From Octopus vulgaris (Eukaryota): a stretch of 64,000 nucleotides of DNA. The position numbers and the translations under genes are program-made. Where the stretch lies: assembly GCA_951406725.2 (NCBI GenBank), contig OX597828.1, forward strand, positions 38,998,001 through 39,062,000, in the 5' to 3' direction. A model generated the notes under the pieces. It was given only the letters and a program-made list of their open reading frames with translations, was not told the origin of the DNA and did not search any database. Positions 10,501 to 24,576 of the stretch are shown here, in pieces; the stretch's first letter is position 1, and each line of letters starts with the position of its first letter.

Positions 10501-13500
10501 ATTCGTTCTTGTGCATTTATTTATTGACCCTCTTAACACTATAAGCAAATACAGTAAAGTAAGTCTAATAAAACTGAAACATGTCTAAAATTATCTCCCC
10601 ATACTTGCTGAAAGCGTACAGTAATATTAAGCAATGGCTAATATTGCTTTTCTTTGCTGTATAATTTATTCCAGTTAGCATTTTGATGCTCTCTGCATTA
10701 AACATAGATAACTTAATGTTTTGAAGAGTTTATTGGTATTTTTCTGTATAAAATGATTAGGTTTTAATGACTTTTAAGAAAGACAGGTGACTAGCTCATT
10801 GAGTGAATGTTTCTGTTGACATTAAAAAAGGAAGTTGAAGTGTAACAAAATGAACAATGTAGTTGCTGTTTCACCCTGGTGTCATTTTTTTTCTTTTTTT
10901 TCTTTTTTTTTTTTTTTTTCGGAAAGACATTAAACCAAAACACATTTTTTGTTTCGTCTTATTTCTTTCTTTTTCTTTCAAACAGAGTGTATCCATAAAT
11001 AAATTATCCTGAATACACACATCTCTTCCCTTGTTTTTGAAATGGTTGGGCATGGTTTGAGGGAGTTTTGGCTGCCATTTTCTCTTAGCAAGTTGAGCAG
11101 CCACATTGAGGCATGTTCTTTGCCTTGAAGTTCTTAGTGTTTGGCAAACAATCTCAAACCCTCACCAGTCTACTGAAGTATATATGTGTTGAACTGATTT
11201 GGAGATTTCACATGGATATAAAATAAATACCTCCTTGATGCACAGTGTTTGATAGGTTGGGATTTTGTTGTTGATACTGTTTAACTCTTTATTCATGTTC
11301 TGAGTAGCTGTGATCATCCCATTCGTTTTCCCGGTTATGTTATGCATATGGTTAGGGCCACCAATGGGAATTTGACTCAAGGGATTTTATTTGGCTTTCT
11401 GTGTCCCGAAGCACTGTACCCAGCATATTGGCAGAGTTGTTAGGGCATTAGATAACAATGTTTTGTATATTTATTCTAACTTTGTGTAAACTGAGTCCAC
11501 TTTTTGCCTTTTCAATCTTTCAAGGTCATAAAGTATATTTCCAGTCCATGGTAGGGGATTGGCAGGATTGCTAGAATGTTGAATAGGATGCCTCGTGGAC
11601 TCTGTTCCAATGCTGTACATTATAAAATCAAATCTTGCAAGCTGTTACCAGATGGGGTTATAAAATAAAATGTGATACTTTTAGGAGTTGTGACTGACAG
11701 ATAATACCAGGAAATGGAAACCAATGTGAGCATAGCTTCCTTAGTTCAATGTGGAGATTGTCTGCAAACAGTATTCAATGTGTACATTAATTTTTATTGA
11801 CATTGAGGGGTCTTGTCTTGTAAATCATTTGGTAACTTCACTGATGTTGGTGCCGTATAAAAATCACCAAGCACACACTGTAAAGTGATTGGTATTAGGA
11901 AGGGCATCCAGCTGTAGCCCCTATACCAAAGCGGACTGGAGCTTGGTGCAGTCTTCTGACTTGCCAGCTCCTGTCAAACTGTCCAGCCCATGCTGGCATG
12001 GAAAACAAATGTTAAATGTTGATGATGATGATGAATAGGGTGTGATTAAAGGAACATTTAGCTGCTATCTCTAGTGGCTCGAGTAATCACATGGAGGCTC
12101 CTTGATTGACTTGTTAAAATTTGTGTTAATATGTTTGGTGAGAAATTACTTCACTCCTGAATAGAAAGCCAGTCTATTATTGATGGTAGCATTTTCAAAA
12201 AAGATTCAATAACTATTATTTAGAGCTACATAAAACTGAATCATATAGTTATATTATATTTCTTGTTCTGAGAAAAAAAATAAATGAACAAGAAAACAGA
12301 CATCATAAGCTGATAGTCTAGTTACTAGACTATACCAGCCATATTACTAAACGTTAGTATATTATCCACATGACTTTTTTTTTTGTTTTTTTTTCCACTT
12401 TTGGCTTCTTACTTGAAGATAAGTCTTGTTATTTAGGTGACCTAATTAACAGCTACAAGTATAGCTGTGTAGTTAAGGTGTTTGCTTTGCAACTACGTAG
12501 TTTTGGTTTCACTGCACTGCATTTTGTGCAAATGTCTTCTACCATGGCCCCTGGTCAAACAAGGCATTGTGAGTGAAATTTAGTCAATGGAAACTGAATG
12601 GAAGTCCTACAGAGGGAGAATTCCTGTTCTTGCATTGTACACTTAATCCTTCACCTCATTTAAGATCAACACCTGGCCCTTGGGGCTCTTAGCATATTCT
12701 GCCCTGTTACAAGCATACTGTGTGTATAAGTTTCTTCTACCAGTCACTGATCCCTGAAAAAGACTAACTTCTGTCCTTCTTTATCTGTCAAAGCCATTAA
12801 AAAGAAAAAGTCTCTATCTTGTGGGGAGGGGCAATATTTTTTTTTAAGTCTAAGAGTTTTAATTCCCTTGTACTCATTCCAGGTCTTCTCTTCAGAACAA
12901 AGGCTTTCTAGATCTGACAATCTTGGCACTTTTTCAGGAATATTGTATCAAATATTGTAGAGTGTAATTTGAGGGAGATTTGACTGCTTTTTCTAGTTGT
13001 TCAAAAGACTACCTAAAGGTTCAGAATTCAGTGTGCCTGGCAAAAACTGAATATTGTGACAAAGATAAAGAAAGAATTAACATTGGCAGAAAAGATAAGA
13101 TTAATAGATGAACCATTCCGAATGAAACAGAAGAAAAATACCAATTTTATAAACCTATCACCCATGCGACAGGGAAGATGTTTCTAATGACAGTGGAAGG
13201 TTATAAATAAAATTAAAATGTTGTTGCTATTGTTTATCTGGAGGTTGGTCCACATTGAGCAGAAATATTCTGAAAGAGATTTCAGCTATGACTGTTCACT
13301 ATTCTGGACTATATTATCAGAAATGTCTGTTTTTAAATCATTAAGGGTCTGGCTTGTTGGGAATTTGTTTGATATTTGTGGCAGGTCAAGAAACTTTGTT
13401 ATTTCTCTAATACTTTAGGAAAGCTGCAAATGTCTCAATTTCTCATTTTTCACTTATGAGAATCTCTGGTTTTGTATTTGAGTAAGGAACAGTCACATGG

Positions 13501-13777
13501 GGAAAATGAAGGTGCACTCTTGCAGCTTTAACTGATGCATGGAGTCTCTGTGTGGTTACTTGCCCTGCTAGAAATAGTGACTGAATCACCCTCATATCAC
13601 ACACTATTGTTTTAGGGGGGAAAAAAACTCACCTCAGATAATTCAGCACTAAATGCATGCTGTCTGAAATAGGATGGTATGGTCATAGCTGGAATGACTT
13701 TAATCGTAGCTCTGTTCTGTCAAGGTTAACGTGGGGCTAAACAGCAACAACCAAAATGGATTTCAATAGCAACTACA

Positions 13778-14075
13778 TCATCATCATCATCGTTTAATGT
13801 CCGCTTTCCATGCTAGCATGGGTTGGACGGTTCGACCGGGGATCTGGGAAGCCAGAAGGCTGCACCAGGCTCCGGTCTTATCTGGCAATGTTTCTACAGC
13901 TGGATGCCCTTCCTAACGCCAACCACTCCGTGAGTGTAGTGGGTTCTTTTTACGTGCCACCTGCACTGGTGCCAGGCGAGGCTGGCATCAGCCACGGTCG
14001 GATTGGTGCATTTTACGTGCCACCTGCACGGAAGCCAGTCGAGGCAGCACTGGCTTCGGCCACGATTCGGATGGT
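13778..14075 (-). mobile_element. 3' end of RTE-type LINE or its non-autonomous derivative, with (GAT)n tail; many more copies at about 11.8, 16.2, 18.1, 19.9, 23.4, 23.8, 24.1, 34.1, 41.5 and 45.9 kb
   Basis: Recurrent block catcatcatcgtttaacgtccg..ctggatgcccttcctaacgccaaccactcc, joined to RT coding sequence at 23.0, 31.0 and 44.5 kb. Confidence 0.85.
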
Positions 14076-14564
14076 GAACAAGCAATAAAAAAAAGTATAT
14101 TAGAAAAATGGCATTTTTAGCCTGCAATCTCATCATCTTCATCATTGTTTTAATGTCCGCTTTTCCATGTTTGCATGGGTCAGACAGGATATGTTTAGGC
14201 AGATTTTCTATAGCTTGATGCCTTTCCTGTCACCATTTCTCACCTGTTTCCAAGCAAGATGATATTTTCCAAAGTGGCTGGACATATTTCCTTGGAAGAC
14301 TGGAAGCAAAAGACTCTGCTTGTATGAATGTTGTTTTACATCTGTATTTCATAGTTTTCTATAAAATGCCAATAATCGTATCATTTTCAAAATACTATGA
14401 AATTTGTATGAGTGTTGCTTGTTTAAATTCATTTTAGTACGAGTAAATCTCTGGTGGTTTCATATTAACTACTTCTTGTTGTTATTTAATATTCTGTATA
14501 CATTTTGGCATATTTCTGAAATTTGTACTGTTCTTATGTTTTGCAGAATATTCTTTAGTTCATC

Positions 14565-15353
14565 ATGCCCTCAACACCCACTGAAGTTCCTGAAGCTCAT
14601 GTGCCAAACAGTGCCAGTAACAGTCTGGACCAAGCAAATGTGAATGAACATGAGGGCAGTAGTTTCCAAATAGATAAGAAGGAAAAACATTTATCATTAA
14701 ACAAAGACATTTGGAATGGAGATACCCCTGACAAACCTGATGATTCAGGAGGACATCAAGCAGAAGCTAGCAGTGGTCACTTAAATTATACTAGTAATGC
14801 TACTGTAGTAATAGGTAATGGTGCACAAGAACTTACAGCTGTACTGGAATCTTCGGAAATGTTAATCAGAGCTCCAGACAGTGTACAGAATTCCCTTAAA
14901 GTAGCTAGCAACGATGAAAAGACTGAGCAACCAGTACTGACATTAAACAAACCAGAAGCGGAATTAGAAGTAAGAGAAGAACAACTGCAGAGTAAGGACA
15001 TTGAAAGTGAAGCAAAATGCTTGCAAACTGCTACATCTGATCAAGCTGAGAAGTGCTCGCAAGAAGTTACATTTGATCAAGCTGAAAAGTGCTCACAGGA
15101 AGCTACGTCTGATCAAGGTGAAATAAATGTTTCACAAGCAGAAGGGCTTTCAGATGAAACTGCTAAAGATAGACTGTCCCAAAATGAGGACGAAAGTTTG
15201 AACAAAAGTGAAAATATTGATTCGCTTGCACAAGCTGTGGGTGAAAATATTAATGATTCAAAAGCTGATAAAAAAGATATTTCAGAGACTGTTGAAGAAA
15301 ATGTTTCAAATGAACCAATGGATATTTTAGGCAATGGATTGCTTACGAAATCG
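14565..15353 (+). CDS. FKBP8: FKBP8/FKBP38 coding exon 1 (long acidic N-terminus and start of FKBP domain)
   Basis: Acceptor ttttgcag|14547. In-frame TAG 6 nt before ATG 14565. 263 codons ending EPMDILGNGLLTKS (cf. human FKBP8 WLDILGNGLLRKK). Donor TCG|gtaagg at 15354, phase 0. Confidence 0.93.
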
Positions 15354-17759
15354 GTAAGGAATTGTTTACTTGGAACTCTGAGTCCATTCATTGTTTGTTA
15401 TCTTTTTATGATGCTTTTTTAAAAAAATTTTAATGCAACATCAAGTTAAAAATGAAATTACATAATTTCTAAATAACTTTTATTAATCAAAATAATTGCC
15501 ATCTGTTTTAATGTGCATCTTCAACTACGAGCCAACAATAGAACCTATGTGTGGTTATTTTGTTTTATAGAAATAGTAGCCAAATCTTCCTTAAATTGAA
15601 TCCTACCCTGTCAAATTAGGAGGATATATTAGATGATGTAGTAGTTCTAGATATCCTTAAACAAATGGAATGGCCACAGCTGGAATTCCATTGATCATAG
15701 GTCTGCTTGATGGATATTACCTAAAACTAAACAACAACCTTATATATTTTCAAACTAGAGAAAGTTTTACAAACTTTTCAAAAAAAAAAAAAGTGATTTT
15801 TATCCTCTGAGTTCCAAGATTTTCTAAACTCTTGGAGAAACCTCAGAAGCCAGTATGGGTTGAGAACTTTTCCTGCAGACGGGAAATGGTTGCAAAGACA
15901 GAAATCTAATGGCTAGAACTCAAAAAAATATGGTGGGGTGGTTTCTCAGATCTGATCTTGATATATCATTCACACAGCATATGGACTAGATATTGTCTAT
16001 TCCAGAAAAGGAAACTATTTTTTATAGCCCAAAAAATAATGTCATTTTCCGCTTTACTGCATTGCCCAATTCTCTGTTATAAGGAGAATTCTCAGGCACT
16101 TACGTTCCTCATAATCATCCATGCAGTAACTATATAACTTGCATTGGGCCAAGATTTGGTTTTGGTATATAGAGGTCTTATACTTTCTACTGTGCTGCAC
16201 ATTTTTGATAATTATCATCATCATCATCATCATTTAACGTCCGTTTTCCATGCTAGCATGGGTTGGCTGGTTCGACCAGGGTCTGGGAAGCCGGGAGGCT
16301 GCGCCAAGCTCCAGTCTGATCTGGCAGTGTTTCTACAGCTGGATGCCCTTCCTAACGCCAACCACTCCGTGAGTGTAGTGGGTGCTTTTTACGTGCCACC
16401 AGCACAGGGGCGAGGGGAGGCTGGCAAATGGCCACAATTGGTTGATGCTTTTTACGTGTCACCGACACGGATGCCAGTCAGGCAACATTTTGTAGCTTTG
16501 AAATTATGATGATGTGATTGTATATTTTATAATGCCATGGAAGGTGTGATAGGCTAGATCTGGCTGGCTATAACCTAAAACCAGCAGCATATTTCGGCTG
16601 GATAAGGTCAGTTTAAATGCTAAAGGGTTAAATATAGTTCAGCAATAATTTAACACTTTTACTGTTACTTAATCCATAAGGGACTCTGTTTCCAGATTGC
16701 TTAAGGATTCTTAACTATGTGTTGTTGTATGGTTAAGAGGCATGCTTTCTAACCATGTGGGTTTGGGTTCAGTCCCACTATGCAGCACCTTGGACAAGTG
16801 TCTTCTACTATAGCCCTGGGCCAACCAAAGTCTTGTGAGTGAATTTGGTAGATAGAAACTGAACGAAGCCCATTGTGTGTGTGTGTGTGTGTGTGCCCTT
16901 GTCTTGACATTGGTTGGAAACGAGCATTATTGTCACACAAGCAAGGGTGTTCATTTCCAGTTTTCCATGAGAAGCATGTCTGGCCATATTACCTTGCATG
17001 GAAACAGGTGATGGTTGGTGACAGGGAGGTCATCAAATCTACCTCAACAAATTCTATTTGACCCATGCAAACATGGAAAAGTAGACATAAAATGATGATG
17101 ATGTGCTTAATAATCTCACTTCCCAGTCACATGGTCCCAAGCTCAATCCTACTATATGGCAACTTAAGTGTCTTCTTTAATAGCCTTAAGTTTACCCAAC
17201 ACTTGTGAGTGGAATTGGGTAAATGTAAACTGGGGTTGCCCATCATATAGGCTTTATCTGTTTTTAGGTATTAAATGATATATCTAATCCAGTACTTGGT
17301 TTGATATCACTCCTTCGCTCCTAAGTACATTTAGTGACATCAACTCTGTTACAAACATTGAGATCAGGTCGCTGGTTTGAGGATAACTAATGAGTTTCTC
17401 CCTTTCCATACCAGTTTTGGAAGCTTTGCAAAATGGATGAGGAAGTTGTTCTTTCTCTGCTGAGTAACTGAGCCAACGAGGGACTCTGTACTTGAGTATC
17501 TTGTACTTGTTTTAGTCATTAGACTGCAGCCATGATGGGACACCATCTTAAAGAATTTTTAGTTGAATGAATCGACTCCCTAATACTTTTTTTAAAGCCT
17601 GGTACTTATTCTATTGGTTTCTTTTGCTGAACTGTAAGTTACAGGAACATAAGTACATCAACACCAATTGTCAAGTGGGTGGTGGGAACACACACACACA
17701 CGTGTATATGAGCTCCTTTCAGTTTATGCTTTCCAAATCCACTCACAAGGTTTTGATTG

Positions 17760-17944
17760 GCCCACTCAGATTCATACACGTATTGCAGCGGTCTTTCGGT
17801 TTTTCTAAGCCCTGTACATCTCTTAAGAAAGCAAAAATGAACCATCAAAAGCTGATTTCTCATTTGATTCTTCAGAAGGCTGGACCTCCAACCAGATCTT
17901 TCGCAATACCCTTAAAGCTCAGATCTTTACAGCACCCCCTTGTA
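17760..17944 (-). mobile_element. Internally deleted mariner-like fragment
   Basis: Minus strand starts TACAAGGGGGTGCTG (mariner-like TIR after TA), followed by a transposase C-terminal remnant GLEKPKDRCNTCMNLSG. Confidence 0.6.
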
Positions 17945-18365
17945 TATATGTATATATATATATATATATATATTGGTAGCATAGTGGCTGAATTCCTTTT
18001 GTGTGTTGGGCCTCACGGAGGCAAGGTGGCTGAGTTCCTTTCAAGTATTGGGCCCCATGGAGGCAAAATGGCCAAGTTCCTTTCAAGGGTTGGGCCTCTT
18101 GGAGGCGTTATGTTGCACTTGAGAAGAAAACTCATCAAGCCAAGCAAAATTGCAGTCATGGCAGATACTGGTGTCACGCAAATAGCACATAAAAGCACCC
18201 ATTACATTCAGAGTGGTTTGCCTTAGGAAGGGCATCAAGCTGTAGAAAACCATGCCAAATCTGACTGGAGCCTGGCACAGCCTTCCAGCATGCAGGCCCA
18301 GTCAAACCATCCAACCCATGCCAGCATGGACAACAGACGTAAAATCATGATGATGTGTATATATA

Positions 18366-18406
<41 letters not shown>

Positions 18407-19311
18407 CAGGCTTCTTTCAGTTTTCATCTACTAAATTCACCCAGAAGGCATTGGTTGGTCTGGGGCTGTTGTAGAAGACACTTGCCTAAGATTCCGTGCA
18501 GTGAGATTGAACCTGGAACCTTTGCCTGTATATTTATATATTTCCATGTTAGTTAACAATAAATATTCAGTTTATGCAATTAAAGATTTACTTATAACAG
18601 GGGCTCAAGGGAAGGGCGTAGTTAATTATATCAACCTCAGATCTTGACTGGTACTTATTTTCTCTGACCTACTGTTTTGAAGATTGAACCTTTAAATAAT
18701 CAGAATACACAGGTGTGTTATTAAATTTAGCCTGGTTGATAAATAATTTTGTCATCATTACACAGTTTATTTGTATCTTACATTTTCTGCTCTAGTTATA
18801 AACATACATACCATTCAGACGTTACATACAAAATTTATTGGAGTACAATGTGATCTTGAATACAATTCAATTAGCACTAATATAGTCTATCCTCTTGTAT
18901 TATGCAGTCCTCTAAATACTGCCGTAGTTATTTATATTTTTTAAGAAACCAACATATCATTGCAAATTTTAAAACACATAAAATACTGACACTCTGTCAT
19001 TTACAGTGACTAGTGTTCCAGTCTATGAAACAGCCTGCTCGTGATCTATGAAACAGCCTGCTCATGAAATTAATGTGCAAGTGGCTGAACACTCCACAGA
19101 TACGCATTAAGAGTACTCTTAACATTGTTCTCAGGGAGAGTCAATCTAACACAGAATGTGATAAGTCTGGCTCTTTGAATTACTGGTACAACTAATTTTT
19201 GCTTGCTGAGTGGACTGGAGCAACATGAAATAAAGTGTCTTGCTTAAGGACACAAAGCACTCCCAGGAATTGAGTTCATGACCTGAGGCTCATGAGCCGA
19301 ATACCCTAATC

Positions 19312-19590
19312 CAGGCCTGGCCAACTCAAATTACATTGCAGGCAACTTTAATCACAGAAAGTTTTTTGAGGGCTACTTGTATACTTTATGCACTAATTCT
19401 CATACTATTATTACAATAATGAACGAATGATCGTTGATTTGACATGAAATATTATCGTTGCAAAAACAGTAGTATTTTTCTTTTTTACTTTTCATTACAA
19501 TCTTCAATTTTTGATAAAATTTTTTAAATGTTTGTTTAAATGAACCCATTTCAAGAAAGTATCAAGCGGGCCTCGGGTTGGCCAGCTCTG
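19312..19590. mobile_element. hAT-type MITE inserted into a SINE head
   Basis: TIRs caggcctggccaac / gttggccagctctg; imperfect 8-bp TSD ccctaatc / ccttaacc; splits the SINE motif accctaa|ccactaagc. Confidence 0.7.
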
Positions 19591-20772
19591 CCTTAACCAC
19601 TAAGCTGCACACCTTTACAAAGAAAAAAACAAAACAACACATAAAGCACAAACATTAAAACTTGCTTAATTGCTGCTTTTTTCTGTAACTTTTGCTTAAA
19701 AGCTATTAAGTAAAGACTGTAGCACAGGTAAAAAGAAAAAAAAAAGTCGTTATTCATAAAATGAGTTCGTCTCTTAAAAAAAAGAACCATTAAAAGCTGC
19801 TTCCACATTAGATTCTTCAAATAACTCCAGCCATTTTTATAGCTTTAGCTTTTCTTTGCTTGTAGCTTTAAACCCAATGTTGTTACAATACATTTCATCA
19901 TCATCATCATCATCATCCACTTTTCATGCTAGCATGGGTTGGACGATTTGACTGAGGGCTGGCAAACCAGATGGCTGCACCAGGCTCCAATCTTGCTGGC
20001 AGAGTTTCTACAGTTGGATGCCCTTCCTAACGCCAACCACTCTGAGAGTGTAGTGGGTGCTTTTATGTGCCACTGGCACGGGGGCCAGTCAGGCGGTTCT
20101 GGCAATGACCTCAATCGAATCTTTTTACACATGCCACTGGCACAGGTGCCTGTAAGGCGACGCTGGTAGCGATCACGCTCGAATGGTGCCTTTTGCGTGC
20201 CACCGGCATGGAAGCCAGTTTGCCGCTTTGGTAACGATCATGCTCGGATGGTGCTCTTAGCACCCTACTTGCACGGGGCACAAGTGCCAGTAAGGCAACG
20301 CTGGTAATGATCACACTTGAATGGTGCCTTTTATGTCCTACTGGCACGGTTATTTTTTCTTATTTCTTCTAACCCAGGGGTGGGGAAACTTTTTAGTGCA
20401 GCAGGCAAAAAATTCCAACAAAAAAGGTCTGCAGGCAGATCAAAAGTTCTAATTCTTATAACTGTGTAAATCTTGTATATATCTTTGTATAATTCAATAT
20501 ACATTAAAAGAGATAAGTTTAAGACATTAAATTAATGTGTAACATCTTCAGTAATGAATTTAGGATGTTTATATTACTTATGAGGTATTCTATATTTTTC
20601 AGTTAGTGTGTAGCTGGGCCTCAAGGGGATGGTACAAACCTAGCAATATGTGTTTTATAGAGAAGACAAAATTTCCATTCAAATGGCAATCAGTGGATGA
20701 TTTTCTGTTCGAGCCTAACCGTTTTAAGTCGTAGTGGAAACGCGACCTATGTCACAAATAGGCGTACAAATA

Positions 20773-21090
20773 TTATCTGAATTTTATAATTGAAAATTTA
20801 CTATATTTTGTACATACAAGTATACCAGCCTGTGGGCACAATAAAATAGGCATACGAGTGCAATTACACTCTGTTCTAACCCATTCAGCTAATTCTTTTT
20901 CTAATTCTGGATTGTGAAGATGCTTTCTTTTCATAGACAGTTTGCTGCTTGGCATATTCTGCTGTTGGGCTTTGTTCTTTCTTAGTAGACTAACATTGCT
21001 CTCTTCTACACCAAATTTCCTACTAGCAACACAATTATTGTTCTTTTTGGCAAATTCTATGTCTAAGTTTAAATTTTGTACTGTAAACAA
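20773..21090 (-). mobile_element. pogo/Tigger-like transposase N-terminal remnant
   Basis: IEFAKKNNNCVASRKFGVEESNV..(P)ELEKELAEWV resembles the HTH plus CENP-B-type DNA-binding domains of pogo elements. Confidence 0.65.
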
Positions 21091-22390
21091 TATACCTCTT
21101 TCTCCACATCCATACTTTTATTATAAAGGTGCGTATCAAAGGTCTGTTTTGTTTCCTAGCATATGTCTCTAATATAACTTAAACATTTAATAATTCCATG
21201 TGAGTTATAAACATCTTCCACGCTGCAATTGTTTTCGTTCCAGCATATGATCTCAGATCAGGTCACTTGCTATGCAAGTACATCTCCGCAATTTAATAAT
21301 TCAAATTAGATAACCGCTTTTAAATAGTACAATGCATAACCACACATCACCGTCATGCTAAAAGAATCAACACTTGCAATTAATGTCTTTGCTATACATG
21401 GTATTTCATAACCACAGGTAATGAAGTTTTTGTATTAGTTTTTACATCTTTCAAAGTTACTGCTTTCATTATCTTTGTTTCAACAGTTATTTTAATTTAT
21501 TTATTCTAAAATACGAAATTTTGTCAAAAATGTTCAAAGTAAACTGTGTTCTGGGTGAAAAATTCCACCAGTATACAAAGTTTCAAACTGTTTAGTTAAA
21601 AAAAAATTAATCAAAAAAATCTGTGTGCCAAATTGAACAGATCCCACAAATGTAATGCTACCTCACTAATTTTGGTTCTGATTATTTTTGATATTAAATT
21701 TCTAAATTTATATACAGGCATGACTGTGTGGTAAGAAGCTTGCTTCCCAGCCATATGGTTTCAGGTTCAATCTTACTTGGGGAAATGTCTTCTACTATAG
21801 CCTCAGGCTGACCAAAGCCTTGGGGGTGGTTTTGGTAGATGGAAACCAGAAGAAGCCTGTCATACGTACATACATTCATACATACATATATATGTATCTG
21901 TTTGTGTGACTTTGTGGCTGTGTTTGTCCCTCACTACCACTTGACAATTGTAGTTGGTGTCTTTACGTTTTCGTAACCTAGCAGTTTGGCAAGAGTGACT
22001 GATAGAATAAGTACCAGGCTTGAAAAAAAGAAAGTACTAAGGTCAATGCATTCATCTAAAAATTCTTCAAGGTGGTGCTCCAGCATGGCCACTGTCTACT
22101 GATTGAAACAAGTAAGAGATGGATTGGGTACATTTTATGGCATTTTTTCTCTTTATGTTTGTAAAAGACAGGATGGTCATGGCAAGAACACGCTTTTTGA
22201 TTATAAATCCCTTCTGTCAGGGTTGACCTGGAACTAAACAAAACATTTTTTGAGCACCCAACCAGAAAAAATAAAAATTCATTTTGCTTATAAATTTATG
22301 AAACATGAAAAATAAATGTTTCTTTTTATGTATTTGTTTTTTAAAAAGTGTTCTTTTTTCTAATTTTAAAAATATTTTCCATTAATTTAG

Positions 22391-22538
22391 ATTGTTAAAA
22401 AAGGAGATGGAGTGTTGACCCGACCTTTACAGGGTCAAAAGGTTACTTTAAAGACAGAAGGTTTGCTACCTGATGGAACAGTAATTGACAAAAATGAAAG
22501 TATTTCATTTATATTAGGTGACGGTGATGTGATCTCAG
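22391..22538 (+). CDS. FKBP8: FKBP8 coding exon 2 (FKBP domain)
   Basis: ttag|ATT..TCAG|gtaatt; IVKKGDGVLTRPLQGQKVTLKTEGLLPDGTVIDKNESISFILGDGDVIS(G); 148 nt, phase 0 to 1. Confidence 0.95.
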
Positions 22539-22569
22539 GTAATTTGGTTTCTTTTCTCAATTTTGTTTT

Positions 22570-23335
22570 CATCATCATCATCATCATCATCATTTAGCGT
22601 CCGTTTTCCATGCTAGCATGGGTTGGACGGTTTAACTGGGGTCTGTGAAGCCGGAAGGCTTCATCAGGCCCAGTCAGATTTGGCAGTGTTTCTACGGCTG
22701 GATGCCCTTACTAACACCAACCACTCCGTGAGTGTAGTGGGTGCTTTTTACGTGCCACCTGCACAGGTGCCAGACAGAGCTGGCAAACAGCCACAAACGG
22801 ATGGTGTTTTTACGTGCCACCGGTACGGGGGCCAGCCGAGGCTGGCAACGGACATGAACGGATGGTGCTTTTACGTGCTACCGGCACGGGGGCCAGGTGA
22901 GGCTGGCAATGGACACGAGCGGATGGTGCTTTTACGTGCCAACGGCATGGGGGCCAGGCGAGGCTGGCAACGGACAAACGATCGGATGGTTCGCTTAACC
23001 ACAGCTGCAATTTCCACTGATGTTGATTTGGTTTGATTTTGACTGTTCTCACTGGTCTTGCCGGGTCTTCTCACACACAGCATACTTCCATAGGTCTCGG
23101 TCTCTAGTCATTTCCTTGGTGAGACCTAAAGTTCGAAGGTCGTGCTTCACCACCTCGTCCCAGGTTTTCCTGGGTCTACCTCTTCCACAGGTTCCCTCAA
23201 CTGCTAGAGTGTGGCACTTTTGCACACAACTATCTTCACCCATTCTTGTCACATGCCCATACCAGCGCAGACGTCTCTCTTGCACACCACAACTGATGCT
23301 TCTTAGGTTCAACTTTTCTCTCAAGGTACTTACAT
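22570..23335 (-). mobile_element. 5'-truncated RTE-clade LINE (RT C-terminus, 3' UTR, GAT tail)
   Basis: ORF 23049-23324 contains RRLRWYGHVTRM..GRGRPRKTWDEVV, typical of RTE RT C-termini. Confidence 0.88.
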
Positions 23336-23611
23336 TTCATAAATGTAAATTACAAATCATCGTCATCATCATCATTTAACATCTGTTTTCCTGCTACCAT
23401 GGGTTGGATGGTTTGACAGGATCTGGCGAGCTGTAGGGCTGCACCAGGCTCCAGCTATTTGCTTTGGTATGGCTTCTACAGCTGGATGCCCTTCTTAATG
23501 CCAACCATTTTGCAGAGTGTACTGGGTGCTTTTCATGTGATACCAGCACAGGTGCTTTTTATATGGCACCAGCACGGGTGCTTTTATGGGATCAAATTAT
23601 AGATATTTAAT

Positions 23612-23637
23612 ATGACGAAGAGCTCCGCTCGAAACGT
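23612..23637 (+). ncRNA. Degenerate minimal hammerhead ribozyme in a Penelope-like pLTR fragment (~23600-23750)
   Basis: aTGACGA-a-gagc-tcc-gctc-GAAAC-GT. Core C3 is mutated; stem II is perfect. Confidence 0.6.
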
Positions 23638-24038
23638 GAAATCCTCCTTCTTTCTTTCCTTTCCTGAGCGTCCAATAACACTATACTTATTCTACGTCCT
23701 CGCATTGTTGTGTTTTCTCTTTGTTCATGTTTGGATTAACTATATATATCATCATCATCGTTCAACGTCCGCTTTCCATGCTAGCATGGGTTGGACGATT
23801 TTGACTGAGGGCTGGCAAACCAGATGGCAGCACCGGGCTCAAGTCTTGATCTGGCAGAGTTTCTACAGCTGGATGCCCTTTCTAACGCCAACCACTCTGA
23901 GAGTGTAGTGGGTGCTTTTTACGTGCCACCGGCACGGGAGCCAGTCAGGCAGTACTGGCAATGACCTCGCTCGAATCTTTTTACACGTGCCAGTGAAGCG
24001 ATGTTGGTAACGATCACATTCGAATGGTGCCCTATTAC

Positions 24039-24077
<39 letters not shown>

Positions 24078-24576
24078 AACATCATCATCATTTAATGTCT
24101 GTCTTTCATGCTGCCATGGGTTGGATGGTTTCACAGAAGGTAGCAAGCTGGAGAGCTGTATCAGGTTCCATTATCTACTTTGGTGTGGTTTCTACAGCTG
24201 AATGTCCTTCCTAACACTAACCACTTTATAGCATGTACCTGGTGCTTTTTTTATGTGGCACCAGCGCTGATGCTTTTTACACGGCTCCCAATTCCAGTAG
24301 GGTCACCAAGTAACTTGTGAGACAAAGACCTTTCAGCTGGGAGAAGGAGTGAAACCACAGGAAGTGGCTTTATGCCAGGTGATATGTCTGTATTTGTGTG
24401 TGTGTGTGTGTATGTATAATGAATATGTATTTATGTATTGCTTACCTATGCTTTATTTCTTACACAACATAGAATGGAAAAAAGCTTCACTTCTGATATT
24501 ATTTGATTCAAGAAATGTTTGCATTATTTACATTATTTACAATTGACGGATATTTGTCCTCATCTTATTTGTTGTT

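Noticed and set aside
15354-15422. C-terminal 22 aa of the 285-aa ORF
   Set aside because: Intron read-through past the donor at 15354; FKBP homology continues at 22391.
17567-18226. 219-aa ORF
   Set aside because: Chance read-through of SINE, mariner fragment, (TA)n and LINE UTR; no coherent domain.
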